This document shows, piece after piece, positions 9,336 to 18,885 of a DNA stretch of 40,470 nucleotides. Origin of the DNA: Glaciecola sp. (lineage in GTDB: Bacteria > Bacteroidota > Bacteroidia > Flavobacteriales_C > GCA-002722245). The translations under genes and the position numbers were made by a program. Below the pieces are notes generated by a model that was not told where the DNA came from, did no database searches, and was given only the letters and a program-made list of their open reading frames with translations. The stretch is taken from the NCBI GenBank assembly GCA_047632015.1, contig JBLIBC010000001.1, positions 1 through 40,470 of the forward strand, written 5' to 3'. Each line of letters begins with the position of its first letter. Within the stretch, counting starts at the first letter, position 1.

Positions 9336-9375
9336 AAAAAAAAGTCCTTGCTAACACTAGCGAGGACTTTTTTTT
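9336..9375. terminator. Bidirectional intrinsic terminator (A8 - 9-bp stem - T8) between convergent genes
   Basis: aaaaaaaa(g)tccttgc-taacacta-gcgagga(c)tttttttt. One G-U pair; the flanking A8/T8 runs serve either strand. Confidence 0.7.
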
Positions 9376-9405
9376 GGTAAAAGGTGTATGGGTGTTTGAG
9401 CCTGC

Positions 9406-9873
9406 TTAGGCTCTTGAATTGTAAATTACATCAGTTTCAGTGGCAAACCTTGCCTTAGTAACTTTAGATTCTAACCAAAGCTCATTCAATAATGACTCTA
9501 CTTCGTTTTTTTTCTTTACTTCCGGAATTGTGATAGTTTCTTCAATCCATGAAATAGTTTTTGACCGGACGTCCTTGTTGATCTCAAGCACGTTCAGTAT
9601 TTCATCCTTTGACTGTAGTCTGTTGCTAATAAATTCTTTAGGGAATAATTTTGCCATTTTCGTCAAGCATTCTGAAAACTCAGTATTTGTTTTGAGGTCT
9701 TTAATCCTAACCCTCACTGTTCCGGGGTTCCCTTCTTCATCTTTAAATGAAGCAGTGTATCCTTTAGAAACAATCTTCCCAATGATTGTTTTTGAATCCT
9801 CTTTGTAAGACAATATTTGATTGTCTAAGTAATTTGTGCTCTTAATTAACTCTTTTGCAGCTGCTTGATTCAT
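9406..9873 (-). CDS. Hypothetical soluble protein, 155 aa, no recognised domain
   Basis: Balanced K/E-rich composition and no signal peptide. The opposite-strand ORF 9440..9808 is S/F/L-rich and looks like antisense noise. A CAAAAATA box (9933-9940, equal to TAnnTTTG on the minus strand) lies 60 nt upstream. Confidence 0.55.
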   Translation of the reverse strand: MNQAAAKELIKSTNYLDNQILSYKEDSKTIIGKIVSKGYTASFKDEEGNPGTVRVRIKDLKTNTEFSECLTKMAKLFPKEFISNRLQSKDEILNVLEINKDVRSKTISWIEETITIPEVKKKNEVESLLNELWLESKVTKARFATETDVIYNSRA

Positions 9874-10195
9874 AAAACGTTCGTTTGTAATTAATTTCAG
9901 TAAACAAAGAAATACTATAATGCATTAAAAAGCAAAAATACTAGACTAACTAGTAGTTTTACGCTATAAAAGTATCAAATTATGTCGTGAAAAACAAATT
10001 ATCATCGATGAAATTGATTGATGATATTAACTTAATTCATTGAAAATCAGTTCGTTTACGTTTGTAGAGAAAAAACGAAAGAACTTCTAAAGAGTAATAA
10101 AGCTCAAGAGTCACAAGGATTGCGAGGAAACGTTTTTTTGAGAGGGCGCCATAGTAGTGCCTACTTGACCATGAATGTGTATTGAATTTAAAATA

Positions 10196-10810
10196 CTATA
10201 TGAAAACGTAATCATGCGCGTATTTCTTGATAAGTTCCTTTGAAAATTCAAATTCTTGTGGAATTCTACCTAAGCACGTGACTTTAGTCTTGTTTAATAT
10301 AACTTCCTCACTTTCAGAATTGCTTTCACCATTAAAAATTATACCAAGGACATTTACGTCTTGCGTTTTAAGGTGTTCTAAAGTTAAGATGGTGTGGTTG
10401 ATGCTTCCTAAATAGGAGTTAGCTACCACAACTATTTCCGCTTCACAATGTTGTGCGATTTCTAACATGGAGTCTCCACGGTAGTTGTATGGTACCATAA
10501 TTCCTCCAGCTCCTTCAATAATGAGGGTGTTTTCGGTTTCAGGCGGAGTAAGCTTTCCTAAACGAATTTTACTGTCATTTAGTTTTGCCGCCTGATGTGG
10601 CGAAACAGGGTTGGGGAATGAATAAGTTTCTGGATGAAAATGACTTGCAGGTGAGCTCACTAGACGCTTAACTCTGTCTGTGTCAGTTAATTCTAGTCCT
10701 CCGCATTGAATTGGCTTCCAGTAATCTGCCTGTAATGCCTCTGTTAATACAGCACTAACAATGGTTTTACCCACGTCTGTTCCAATTCCTGTGACAAATA
10801 TTTTCCTCAT
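10196..10810 (-). CDS. bioD: Dethiobiotin synthase BioD
   Basis: N-terminal P-loop IFVTGIGTDVGKT and ...EGAGG...; size 204 aa. Overlaps the queE stop by 4 nt. Confidence 0.9.
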   Translation of the reverse strand: MRKIFVTGIGTDVGKTIVSAVLTEALQADYWKPIQCGGLELTDTDRVKRLVSSPASHFHPETYSFPNPVSPHQAAKLNDSKIRLGKLTPPETENTLIIEGAGGIMVPYNYRGDSMLEIAQHCEAEIVVVANSYLGSINHTILTLEHLKTQDVNVLGIIFNGESNSESEEVILNKTKVTCLGRIPQEFEFSKELIKKYAHDYVFI

Positions 10811-11439
10811 GGAATATGCATGAATTTATGAGATTGTAACGAAATGTTCCACTTTGGGTCTTTCATAACATAGTCAATCGTTTTAGGAAGCATAACATCC
10901 ATTTTACTCCATTCAGGCTGTAGTAATAGCCTGCAACTGCTGTTGGTTTTTTTTGCATGCTCTTCAGCCCATTCAAAATCGTTGTCGTTGTGGATGATGA
11001 TTTTTAACTCATGTGCTACTTCGTAAACAGCGCTTTTAGGGGGGGCTGTTTTTTTAGGTGACAAGCATATCCAATCCCAGTTTCCACTTAGTACATGCGC
11101 TCCTGAGGTTTCAATGAAAGTGTTGAACCCTTTCTTTTTAAGTTGAGCACATAAATAATCCAAATTGTATAAACTTGGTTCACCTCCAGTAATGACAACA
11201 TCTTTGCTTGGTATTTCCTTTAGGAAAGGAAAAATGTCATCTACCGGAATAAGTGGATGAAGACTTGCATCCCAGCTTTCTTTCACATCACACCAATGAC
11301 ATCCTACATCACAACCTCCAATTCGAATAAAATAAGCAGGTTTTCCAGTATTACAACCTTCACCTTGAATAGTGTAAAAATGCTCCATGATAGGTAGCAT
11401 TTTTCCTGATTTCAATAATTTTTTTTCTTCCTCAGTCAT
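10807..11439 (-). CDS. queE: 7-carboxy-7-deazaguanine synthase QueE (radical SAM)
   Basis: MEHFYTIQGEGCNTGKPAYFIRIGGCDVGCHWCDVKESW contains the QueE-type CxxxCxxC radical-SAM cluster motif. Confidence 0.9.
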   Translation of the reverse strand: MTEEEKKLLKSGKMLPIMEHFYTIQGEGCNTGKPAYFIRIGGCDVGCHWCDVKESWDASLHPLIPVDDIFPFLKEIPSKDVVITGGEPSLYNLDYLCAQLKKKGFNTFIETSGAHVLSGNWDWICLSPKKTAPPKSAVYEVAHELKIIIHNDNDFEWAEEHAKKTNSSCRLLLQPEWSKMDVMLPKTIDYVMKDPKWNISLQSHKFMHIP

Positions 11440-11540
11440 TACAATTGCAAAAATATACCTTTAAGGCTAGTAATTTCATTAAAATTCCTGTTAATTTTAT
11501 TTTTCAACTCAGCTTAGCTCGATAAGAATAACTCAGCACA

Positions 11541-11972
11541 TTGTCCTTTATGAAAGATATACTAGTAAAACATACCTCTAAATTGAGGGTAAGATATTCC
11601 GAAACTGATCAAATGGGAATCGTTTATTACGGCAACTACGCTCAATATTTTGAAGTTGCTAGGGTGGAGTTTCTTAGGGAGTTGGGTTTTGTGTACAAAG
11701 AATTAGAAGATAGTGGTGTAATTATGCCTGTTGTGAGGTACGAAACAGATTATAAATTCCCTGCTAAATATGATGAGGAATTGTCCATCGTCACCACCCT
11801 AAATACGTTACCTACTTCAAAAATCACTTTTGACTATGAAGTATTCAATCCTGACAGGAAGCTAGTTTGCACAGCAAAAGTAATTTTAGTCTTTTTGAAC
11901 AAGGACACTTTTAGGCCTCAGCGAGCGCCTGAAAATTTAGTGGAATTATTACTAAAAAAGTCTGTCTTGTAA
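11541..11972 (+). CDS. Acyl-CoA thioesterase, YbgC/4HBT hotdog family
   Basis: RVRYSETDQMGIVYYGNYAQYFEVARVEFLRELG carries the catalytic Asp and hotdog signature. Confidence 0.85.
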   Translation: MSFMKDILVKHTSKLRVRYSETDQMGIVYYGNYAQYFEVARVEFLRELGFVYKELEDSGVIMPVVRYETDYKFPAKYDEELSIVTTLNTLPTSKITFDYEVFNPDRKLVCTAKVILVFLNKDTFRPQRAPENLVELLLKKSVL

Positions 11973-12046
11973 TTAGACAGTTTTACCTGAATCACGTTCG
12001 ATATAAAAATTCATTCTCTTCTTATTGAAACTCAATGTGCAATGCT

Positions 12047-12054
12047 TACTTTTG
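12047..12054 (+). promoter_or_regulatory. -7 box candidate (TACTTTTG) for thrS
   Basis: TAnnTTTG match 21 nt before the ATG at 12076. It lies inside the TTG-extended ORF (12025), which argues for the shorter start. Confidence 0.4.
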
Positions 12055-12075
12055 TCACCTAAAATTACAACGACG

Positions 12076-14013
12076 ATGATTAATATTACCTTGCCCGATG
12101 GTACAGTAAAGGAGTTTGATAACGGTGTTACTGCTCACGAGGTAGCACTTAGTATCAGCGAAGGGTTAGCCAGAAATGTACTTGCAGCTGAAATAAACGG
12201 GGAGGTTTGGGATTCAAATAAAGCAATTAACGAGGATAGTGCCTTGAAATTATTGACTTGGCGTGATGAGAAGGGTAAAGATGCGTTGTGGCATTCATCG
12301 GCACATTTGTTAGCTGAAGCTGTTCAGTTTTTTTATCCAAAGGCAAAATTTGCAATAGGACCTCCTGTTGAAAACGGGTTTTATTACGATATCGATTTTG
12401 GTGAAGACAGTTTTTCAGATACTGAATTCAAAAAGGTAGAAGATAAAATGATTGAACTCGCGAGGACAAAGAGTGAGTATCAAAGAAAAGAAATAAGCAA
12501 AGCGGAGGCAATTTCATATTTTGAAGAAAAGGGAGACGAGTACAAATTAGAATTACTAGAAGGATTAGAGGACGGAACTATTACGTTTTATACGCAAGGT
12601 GGTTTCACTGATTTATGTCGGGGCCCTCATATTCCGAACACCGGATTTATAAAAGCAATAAAACTATTAAGAACAGCTGGAGCGTACTGGAAAGGTGATG
12701 AAACAAGGCAACAACTTACTCGAATATATGCTATTTCATTTCCGAAAAAATCGGAATTGACTGAGCATTTATTAATGTTGGAGGAAGCTAAAAAGCGTGA
12801 TCACAGAAAATTAGGAAAGGAATTAGAGTTGTTTACTTTTTCTCAAAGGGTGGGTCAAGGTTTACCATTGTGGTTGCCAAAAGGTGCGATGCTTAGGGAA
12901 AAACTGGAAAGTTTTTTGAAAACAGTACAAAAAAAGGCAGGTTACGATCCTGTTGTTACACCACATATTGGGCTCAAAGAATTGTACGTATGTAGTGGGC
13001 ACTATGAAAAATATGGGGCAGATTCATTTCAGCCAATTAACACACCTGCTGACGGGGAGGAGTTTTTGTTGAAACCAATGAATTGTCCTCATCACTGTGA
13101 AATATATAAAGCTAAACCTCACTCATACAAGGAACTACCAATTAGGTTTGCCGAATTTGGTACAGTATACAGGTATGAACAAAGTGGCGAACTTCATGGT
13201 TTAACAAGAGTAAGAGGGTTTACACAAGACGATGCTCACATATTTTGTAGACCAGACCAGCTAAATGATGAGTTTGAAAAGGTAATTGATTTGGTTCAGT
13301 ATGTTTTTGAAGTATTTGGTTTCAAGGATTATGTAGCTCAAGTTTCGTTAAGAGACAAGGAAAACAAAGACAAATACATAGGTTCGGATGAGAACTGGGA
13401 ATTAGCGGAAAATGCTATCATAGAATCTGCTGCAAAAAAGGGACTTGCTACTGTGGTAGAATATGGTGAAGCAGCTTTTTATGGTCCAAAATTGGATTTT
13501 ATTGTTCGTGATGCAATTGGTAGGAAGTGGCAATTAGGTACAATTCAAGTAGATTACAATTTGCCTGAACGGTTTGAATTGGAGTACATTGGTTCAGATG
13601 ATAAAAAGCACCGACCTGTAATGATACATAGAGCTCCGTTCGGTTCGTTGGAAAGATTTGTTGCAATTTTAATAGAACATTGTGCTGGAAATTTCCCGCT
13701 TTGGTTAACACCAGATCAGGTTACAATTCTTACGGTAAGTGAAAAATACAACGATGATGCACACAAACTTTTAAATGTGCTAAATAATTACGATATTCGC
13801 GGGCTCGTTGATGATAGGAACGAGAGAGTAGGGAAGAAGATAAGAGATGCTGAAATTAAAAAGGTACCTTTTATGATAGTGTTGGGTGAGGAGGAAGTTA
13901 AGTCTGGAGAGCTTGCTATCAGGAGACATGGTGAGGGAGATATGGGAAAAATGTCAGCTGAAAAATTTGCTGATTTGATTAATGACGAAGTAAAAGAACA
14001 GTTAAAACAATAA
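12076..14013 (+). CDS. thrS: Threonine--tRNA ligase
   Basis: TGS domain start MINITLPDG, second additional domain (HSSAHLLA), class-II core (FRxE-like [25 protein letters not shown]) and an anticodon-binding C-terminus. The listed start at 12025 is a TTG with a non-native-looking extension. Confidence 0.96.
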   Translation: MINITLPDGTVKEFDNGVTAHEVALSISEGLARNVLAAEINGEVWDSNKAINEDSALKLLTWRDEKGKDALWHSSAHLLAEAVQFFYPKAKFAIGPPVENGFYYDIDFGEDSFSDTEFKKVEDKMIELARTKSEYQRKEISKAEAISYFEEKGDEYKLELLEGLEDGTITFYTQGGFTDLCRGPHIPNTGFIKAIKLLRTAGAYWKGDETRQQLTRIYAISFPKKSELTEHLLMLEEAKKRDHRKLGKELELFTFSQRVGQGLPLWLPKGAMLREKLESFLKTVQKKAGYDPVVTPHIGLKELYVCSGHYEKYGADSFQPINTPADGEEFLLKPMNCPHHCEIYKAKPHSYKELPIRFAEFGTVYRYEQSGELHGLTRVRGFTQDDAHIFCRPDQLNDEFEKVIDLVQYVFEVFGFKDYVAQVSLRDKENKDKYIGSDENWELAENAIIESAAKKGLATVVEYGEAAFYGPKLDFIVRDAIGRKWQLGTIQVDYNLPERFELEYIGSDDKKHRPVMIHRAPFGSLERFVAILIEHCAGNFPLWLTPDQVTILTVSEKYNDDAHKLLNVLNNYDIRGLVDDRNERVGKKIRDAEIKKVPFMIVLGEEEVKSGELAIRRHGEGDMGKMSAEKFADLINDEVKEQLKQ

Positions 14014-14022
14014 TTTTTTTGA

Positions 14023-14577
14023 ATGAGGCCAAATTTTAGAGGTAGAGGAAGAGGTTTTAGACCTGTTAAGAAAAATCCAAACAGGATTAATAATGAAATT
14101 AGGGTGCCTGAGGTAAGGGTGATCACTGATGGACAAGAGCCACAAGTGTATACCATTGAAGACGCAATAAAATTAGCTGATGAAAAGGATTTGGATTTGG
14201 TAGAGATTTCTCCGAATGCAAAGCCTCCGGTGTGTAAAATTCTTGATTATCAAAAGTTTTTATACCAACAAAAAAAGAAACAAAAAGAGATTAAAGACAA
14301 AGCGATTAAAGTTGTTGTAAAGGAAATCAGATTTGGTCCAAATACGGATGAACACGATTTTCAATTTAAACTTAATCACGCGAAGAAGTTTTTAGGAGAG
14401 GGGTCAAAAGTAAAAGCGTTTGTATTTTTTAAAGGAAGAAGTATCGTTTATAAGGACAGAGGTGAGATTTTGTTATTGAAGTTTGCTCAAGAATTAGAAG
14501 AAATTGCTAAGGTTGAGAGCATGCCGAAGTTGGAAGGGAAAAAGATGATCATGATGTTGAGTACTAAAAAGAAGTAA
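14023..14577 (+). CDS. infC: Translation initiation factor IF-3
   Basis: ...[20 protein letters not shown]...[24 protein letters not shown].... Sits in the conserved thrS-infC-rpmI-rplT order. The start codon here is a canonical ATG; TGA is in frame just upstream. Confidence 0.95.
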   Translation: MRPNFRGRGRGFRPVKKNPNRINNEIRVPEVRVITDGQEPQVYTIEDAIKLADEKDLDLVEISPNAKPPVCKILDYQKFLYQQKKKQKEIKDKAIKVVVKEIRFGPNTDEHDFQFKLNHAKKFLGEGSKVKAFVFFKGRSIVYKDRGEILLLKFAQELEEIAKVESMPKLEGKKMIMMLSTKKK

Positions 14578-14605
14578 AGAAGAAGTAAATATATAAATAG
14601 TAGTT

Positions 14606-14806
14606 ATGCCAAAAATGAAAACAAAATCTAGTGCCAAGAAACGATTTAAGTTGACTGGTTCTGGAAACATCAAAAGGAAGCATGCTTTTAAAAGTCACAT
14701 TTTAACTAAAAAATCCACTAAGAGAAAAAGAAATTTGACTCACATTGGCTTAGTTAACAAGGCAGATGAAAGTAATGTAAAAATCATGTTGACTATCGGA
14801 AAATAG
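14606..14806 (+). CDS. rpmI: 50S ribosomal protein L35
   Basis: [36 protein letters not shown]. Confidence 0.95.
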   Translation: MPKMKTKSSAKKRFKLTGSGNIKRKHAFKSHILTKKSTKRKRNLTHIGLVNKADESNVKIMLTIGK

Positions 14807-14904
14807 TTCAGCAAACCAATTAAACTGTTGGTTTTATTGTTAAACCCGAATACTAGTTTTAAAGAGTTTTAATTAACCACTAGCATTCAAAAAACTTAAA
14901 AATT

Positions 14905-15249
14905 ATGCCTAGATCGACCAACGCCGTTGCGGCGAAAGCAAAGAGGAAAAAAGTAATGAAACTTGCCAAAGGATACTTTGGCAGGAGAAAAAACGTATGG
15001 ACTGTATCAAAAAATGCTGTTGAAAAAGCATTAACATATGCATACAGAGACAGAAGACAAAAGAAAAGAAACTTCAGAGCACTTTGGATTCAAAGAATTA
15101 ATGCTGGAGCAAGAGAAAATGGATTGTCTTATTCTGAATTGATGGGAAAAATCAATGCTAAAGGAGTAGAGCTTAACAGAAAAGTTTTAGCTGACTTAGC
15201 AATGAATCACCCAGAAGCATTCAAAGCTGTTGTAAAAAGCGTTAAATAA
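14905..15249 (+). CDS. rplT: 50S ribosomal protein L20
   Basis: [30 protein letters not shown]...[18 protein letters not shown]. Confidence 0.97.
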   Translation: MPRSTNAVAAKAKRKKVMKLAKGYFGRRKNVWTVSKNAVEKALTYAYRDRRQKKRNFRALWIQRINAGARENGLSYSELMGKINAKGVELNRKVLADLAMNHPEAFKAVVKSVK

Positions 15250-15280
15250 ATTAATAATTATATTACTTCTTTATACTTGA

Positions 15281-15315
15281 AAAAGACCATCCAATTTGGG
15301 TGGTCTTTTCTTTTG
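15281..15315 (+). terminator. Intrinsic terminator of the thrS-infC-rpmI-rplT operon
   Basis: agaccatcc-aattt-gggtggtct (9 bp, one G-U) with an A-tract before it and TTTTCTTTT after it. Confidence 0.7.
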
Positions 15316-15379
15316 CGATAAATTTACATGCGGACAATTAGAAATCATTGAACATTTACATTGGTATAATCACTATTAA

Positions 15380-16504
15380 ATGAAAGCATACCTAGATAAT
15401 GCAGCAACTACAGCAATAGCTACAGAAGTACTGGAGGTGATGAACGATGCTTTGTCTAATGATTTTGGAAACCCTTCTTCGTCTCATAGTGAAGGAAGGA
15501 AATCGAAAGCAAAGATGGAGCAAGCTAGGAAAGAGATTGCAAAGATGTTTAATGTGTCTGGGTCACAAATTGTTTTTACTTCAGGAGGCACGGAGGCAAA
15601 TAATTTGGCAATTCAATCTGTTTTAAAAAGCGGAGAAATTACCCAGGTAATAACTACAGATATTGAACATCATGCTGTTCTGAATACAATCGAAAAATGT
15701 TGTGTTGAGCATGACATTGAATTGCGTAAATTAAAATTAAATAGTGAAGGTGAAATTGACCTAGAAGGACTCGCGGTTTTACTGAGCAGTGGAAAAAAAA
15801 CGTTTGTGTCTTTGATGCATGGAAACAACGAAATCGGGAACTTGTTACCTATAGAACAAGTGTCTAGCTTGTGTGTTGAGCATGGTGCGATTTTTCATTG
15901 CGATACCGTTCAAACGATTGGACATAAAGAATTTGATTTACAAAAATTGAAAGTGGACTTCATCACTTGTAGCGCTCATAAAATACATGGACCTAAAGGA
16001 ATAGGATTTTTATACGTAAATAAGGATAACAAATTGGCTCCACTTTTTTATGGAGGAAAACAAGAGCGAGGATTCAGACCTGGTACTGAAAACATAGCTT
16101 CCATTTTGGGAATGGCTAAAGCATTAAATCTTGCTTATGAAAATTTGGAAATCAACGAAAATATAATTCAGGAGCGAAAAGAGCAGTTGATTAAACAACT
16201 TCAAGATGAATTTGAATGTGTGTCTTTTAATGGATCAGCTTTAAACTCGATGTCCACTGTTGTTAATGCTCAATTTGATGTGGAGATGGATCCTGGGATG
16301 TTGTTGTTTCAATTAGATTTAAAAGGAGTTTGTGTTTCAGGAGGAAGCGCCTGTTCATCAGGTAGTTTAAAAGGTTCTCATGTGTTGTCAGCTGTCAATC
16401 CTGACAACGAAATGCCAAGTATTCGATTTTCTATTTGTAGGAACACTAGTGCTCAAGAAATTGATTACGTGGTTGACTGTCTTATGGAGATTTTAGGGAA
16501 ATAG
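15380..16504 (+). CDS. Cysteine desulfurase (NifS/IscS class-V aminotransferase family)
   Basis: AYLDNAATT start, PLP-lysine motif SAHKIHGPKGIG, active-site loop SGGSACSSGS. Confidence 0.9.
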   Translation: MKAYLDNAATTAIATEVLEVMNDALSNDFGNPSSSHSEGRKSKAKMEQARKEIAKMFNVSGSQIVFTSGGTEANNLAIQSVLKSGEITQVITTDIEHHAVLNTIEKCCVEHDIELRKLKLNSEGEIDLEGLAVLLSSGKKTFVSLMHGNNEIGNLLPIEQVSSLCVEHGAIFHCDTVQTIGHKEFDLQKLKVDFITCSAHKIHGPKGIGFLYVNKDNKLAPLFYGGKQERGFRPGTENIASILGMAKALNLAYENLEINENIIQERKEQLIKQLQDEFECVSFNGSALNSMSTVVNAQFDVEMDPGMLLFQLDLKGVCVSGGSACSSGSLKGSHVLSAVNPDNEMPSIRFSICRNTSAQEIDYVVDCLMEILGK

Positions 16505-16566
16505 AAAGGGTTAAAAAAAAGTGCTTTTTTCTCCTTTTCAATGCGAATAATAGCATATTAAAATAG

Positions 16567-16574
16567 TATATTTG
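16567..16574 (+). promoter_or_regulatory. -7 box candidate (TATATTTG) for tRNA-Leu
   Basis: TAnnTTTG match 18 nt before the mature tRNA 5' end. Confidence 0.4.
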
Positions 16575-16592
16575 TTGCCCTATTTAAAGAAT

Positions 16593-16674
16593 GCGGACGT
16601 GGTGAAATTGGTAGACACGCTAGACTTAGGATCTAGTGCTTCACGGCTTGAGGGTTCGAGTCCCTCCGTCCGCA
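16593..16674 (+). tRNA. tRNA-Leu (anticodon TAG), class II with a long variable arm
   Basis: Folded by hand. Acceptor GCGGACG/CGTCCGC plus discriminator A; anticodon stem CTAGA/TCTAG with loop CTTAGGA; T-arm GAGGG-TTCGAGT-CCCTC. 82 nt, no encoded CCA, followed by T8. Confidence 0.95.
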
Positions 16675-16735
16675 CTTTTTTTTCAAACCTCATTGAGGTA
16701 AAACAAAACTTTATAGTTCAAACCAAATAGCAATT

Positions 16736-18121
16736 ATGAACATTACTCAAGAAAATATTGACGAGTTAAACGCTGTCTTAAAGATAGAAGTTACTCAAAG
16801 TGATTATAATGCTACTGTACAAAATAAACTTAAGGCTCAGCAAAAGAAAGCGTCGATGCCTGGTTTTCGCCCTGGTAAAGTTCCCTTTGGAATGATTAAA
16901 AAGATGTATGGAACCAGCATTAAAGTGGAAGAAATAAACAGTTTAGTTGGTGCGAATATTACAAGATATATTTCAGATCAAAAATTAAATATTCTGGGTC
17001 AGCCGTTGCCAATGGAGTCACAAGTGTTGGATTGGGCGAATCAAGCTGATTTTTCATTGCAATATGAATTGGGTTTAAGTCCTGAGTTTGATTTGAAACT
17101 TTCAGTGAAGGATGAATTCACATATTACAATGTAGTACCTGATGCTAAAATTGTAGACAATTACGTGGATGAAATCACAATGAGATATGGAAAAGTGTCT
17201 AACCCAGTGGAGGTTGGAGAAAAAGACATGGTGGCGATTGATATTGTTGAGGTGGAAGGTTCTGAGGTGAAAGAAGCTGGATACGCAGGTATGGTCACTG
17301 TTGGTGTAGATAAAATCACTAATAAAAAAATTAAAAAAGATTTACTTGGTAAAAAACAAGGAGATAAACTTTCGTTTGATGTTAAAACCATTGGGAATGA
17401 CCTTGATGAAAGCGCATTAATTTTGAACGTTGACAAAATCACCATTGAGAATTCAGGTGATCAGTTTGAGGTGGAGATAGGAACTATTTCTAGAATGGAA
17501 GCTGCTGAAATTAACCAAGATTTATTTGATAAAGTTTACGGTAAGGATACTGTAAAAACCAAAGAAGAATTTTTGGTAAAAGTTAAAGAAGAAGCGAAAG
17601 GGATGTTGGGTGATCAAGGGAAAGGGAAGTTGAAAAGCGATATGATTGATTACTTTTTGGAAAAACTTAAGTTTGAATTGCCTGATACTTTCATGAAAAA
17701 GTGGTTGGTGGTATCTTCAGAAGGAAAATTAAATAATCAAACTGTTGATGGTGATTATGATAATTACCGGAAGTCAATTAAATGGCAAATTATTGAAAAT
17801 AAGTTAATACAAGAGAATGACTTAAAAGTAGAAAATGCTGAGGTAGTGGAGAAAGCTAAAGAAATGATTACAGCTAATTTTAAGCAGTATGGACAAGAAG
17901 TTCCAGCAGATCAATTAGACATGTATGCTCAAAACATACTAAGCAAGGAAGAAGAAAAAAGAAGACTGTACGATGACTTATTTTATGACAAAATCATAGA
18001 ATTAGTAAAGGAAAAATGTAAAGTGGAGGAAGAAGAGATAGGTTACGAGGAATTTGTTACCTTGGCAAAGCAACACGACCATGACCATGACCACAATCAT
18101 GACCACGACCACCAACATTAA
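16736..18121 (+). CDS. tig: Trigger factor with an unusual His/Asp-rich C-terminal tail
   Basis: Ribosome-binding signature MPGFRPGKVP, a central FKBP-like PPIase region and C-terminal arms. Conserved tig-clpP-clpX order. The tail reads QHDHDHDHNHDHDHQH. Confidence 0.95.
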   Translation: MNITQENIDELNAVLKIEVTQSDYNATVQNKLKAQQKKASMPGFRPGKVPFGMIKKMYGTSIKVEEINSLVGANITRYISDQKLNILGQPLPMESQVLDWANQADFSLQYELGLSPEFDLKLSVKDEFTYYNVVPDAKIVDNYVDEITMRYGKVSNPVEVGEKDMVAIDIVEVEGSEVKEAGYAGMVTVGVDKITNKKIKKDLLGKKQGDKLSFDVKTIGNDLDESALILNVDKITIENSGDQFEVEIGTISRMEAAEINQDLFDKVYGKDTVKTKEEFLVKVKEEAKGMLGDQGKGKLKSDMIDYFLEKLKFELPDTFMKKWLVVSSEGKLNNQTVDGDYDNYRKSIKWQIIENKLIQENDLKVENAEVVEKAKEMITANFKQYGQEVPADQLDMYAQNILSKEEEKRRLYDDLFYDKIIELVKEKCKVEEEEIGYEEFVTLAKQHDHDHDHNHDHDHQH

Positions 18122-18150
18122 AATAATTATTTAAAAAAGGAATAAAACAC

Positions 18151-18831
18151 ATGTTCGACTCAGGAAAAGAATTCAGAAAGTTTGCCACAAAGCATCAAGG
18201 TATATCAAGTATGCACGTTGATAGTTATATTGAGTCTTCAATGACCCCATATATTATTGAAGAGCGTTCAATGAATGTAGCTCAAATGGATGTGTTTTCG
18301 AGATTGATGATGGACAGAATTATCTTTTTGGGAACTGGAATTGATGATCATATTGCTAACATTATCCAAGCACAATTGTTGTTTTTGGAATCCACTGATG
18401 CTAACAAAGACATTCAAATTTATTTGAACTCTCCAGGAGGATCAGTTTATGCTGGTTTAGGTATTTATGATACGATGCAGTACATCAATCCTGATATTGC
18501 TACAATTTGTACAGGAATGGCGGCTTCCATGGGAGCTGTGTTATTATGTGCTGGTACTGAAGGAAAAAGGACTGCATTAAAGCATTCAAGAGTAATGATT
18601 CACCAACCATTAGGTGGAGCGCAAGGTCAAGCGTCTGACATTGAAATCACAGCACGTGAAATTCAAAAGTTAAAAAAGGAATTGTATGATATTATAGCTA
18701 ACCATTCAAATAACAGCTATGATAAAGTATGGGCAGACAGTGACAGGGATTACTGGATGACTGCTACCGAGGCAAAAGAATACGGAATGATAGACGAAGT
18801 TTTAGAAAAAAACGCAAGCGCTAAAAAATAA
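18151..18831 (+). CDS. clpP: ATP-dependent Clp protease proteolytic subunit ClpP
   Basis: DRIIFLG...INSPGGSVYAGLGIYDTMQ...GMAASMGAVLL...MIHQPLGG. The Ser/His/Asp triad context is intact. Confidence 0.97.
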   Translation: MFDSGKEFRKFATKHQGISSMHVDSYIESSMTPYIIEERSMNVAQMDVFSRLMMDRIIFLGTGIDDHIANIIQAQLLFLESTDANKDIQIYLNSPGGSVYAGLGIYDTMQYINPDIATICTGMAASMGAVLLCAGTEGKRTALKHSRVMIHQPLGGAQGQASDIEITAREIQKLKKELYDIIANHSNNSYDKVWADSDRDYWMTATEAKEYGMIDEVLEKNASAKK

Positions 18832-18847
18832 CTTTTTAATTTAAATG

Positions 18848-18869
18848 AAGCCACTTTAGTTAGTGGCTT
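18848..18869 (+). other. Stem-loop between clpP and clpX (possible attenuator or processing site)
   Basis: aagccact-ttagtt-agtggctt (8 bp) followed only by a weak T-rich stretch, 17 nt before the clpX ATG. Confidence 0.3.
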
Positions 18870-18885
18870 TGTTGTCTAAAAGCAT

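Noticed and set aside
9440-9808. Plus-strand 122-aa ORF competing with the minus-strand 155-aa ORF
   Set aside because: Its composition (SSFNNDSTSFFFFTSG...) looks like antisense translation. The minus-strand ORF is longer, has balanced composition, and is correctly placed relative to the bidirectional terminator and an upstream -7 box.
12025-12075. N-terminal extension of thrS (listed start at 12025)
   Set aside because: The codon at 12025 is TTG, and the extension ([17 protein letters not shown]) is not ThrS-like. A TAnnTTTG box lies inside it at 12047-12054. The ATG at 12076 gives the canonical [12 protein letters not shown]-domain start.
14811-14840. 7-bp AU-rich hairpin between rpmI and rplT as an L20-responsive attenuator
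   Set aside because: The stem (aaaccaa/ttggttt) is short and weak, with no convincing U-tract. I cannot support a regulatory call from sequence alone.
18074-18118. His-rich Tig tail as an engineered affinity tag or vector contamination
   Set aside because: It alternates His with Asp/Asn/Gln rather than being His6-10. It uses mixed codons, is flanked by native sequence and a native stop, and is followed by the normal clpP gene.
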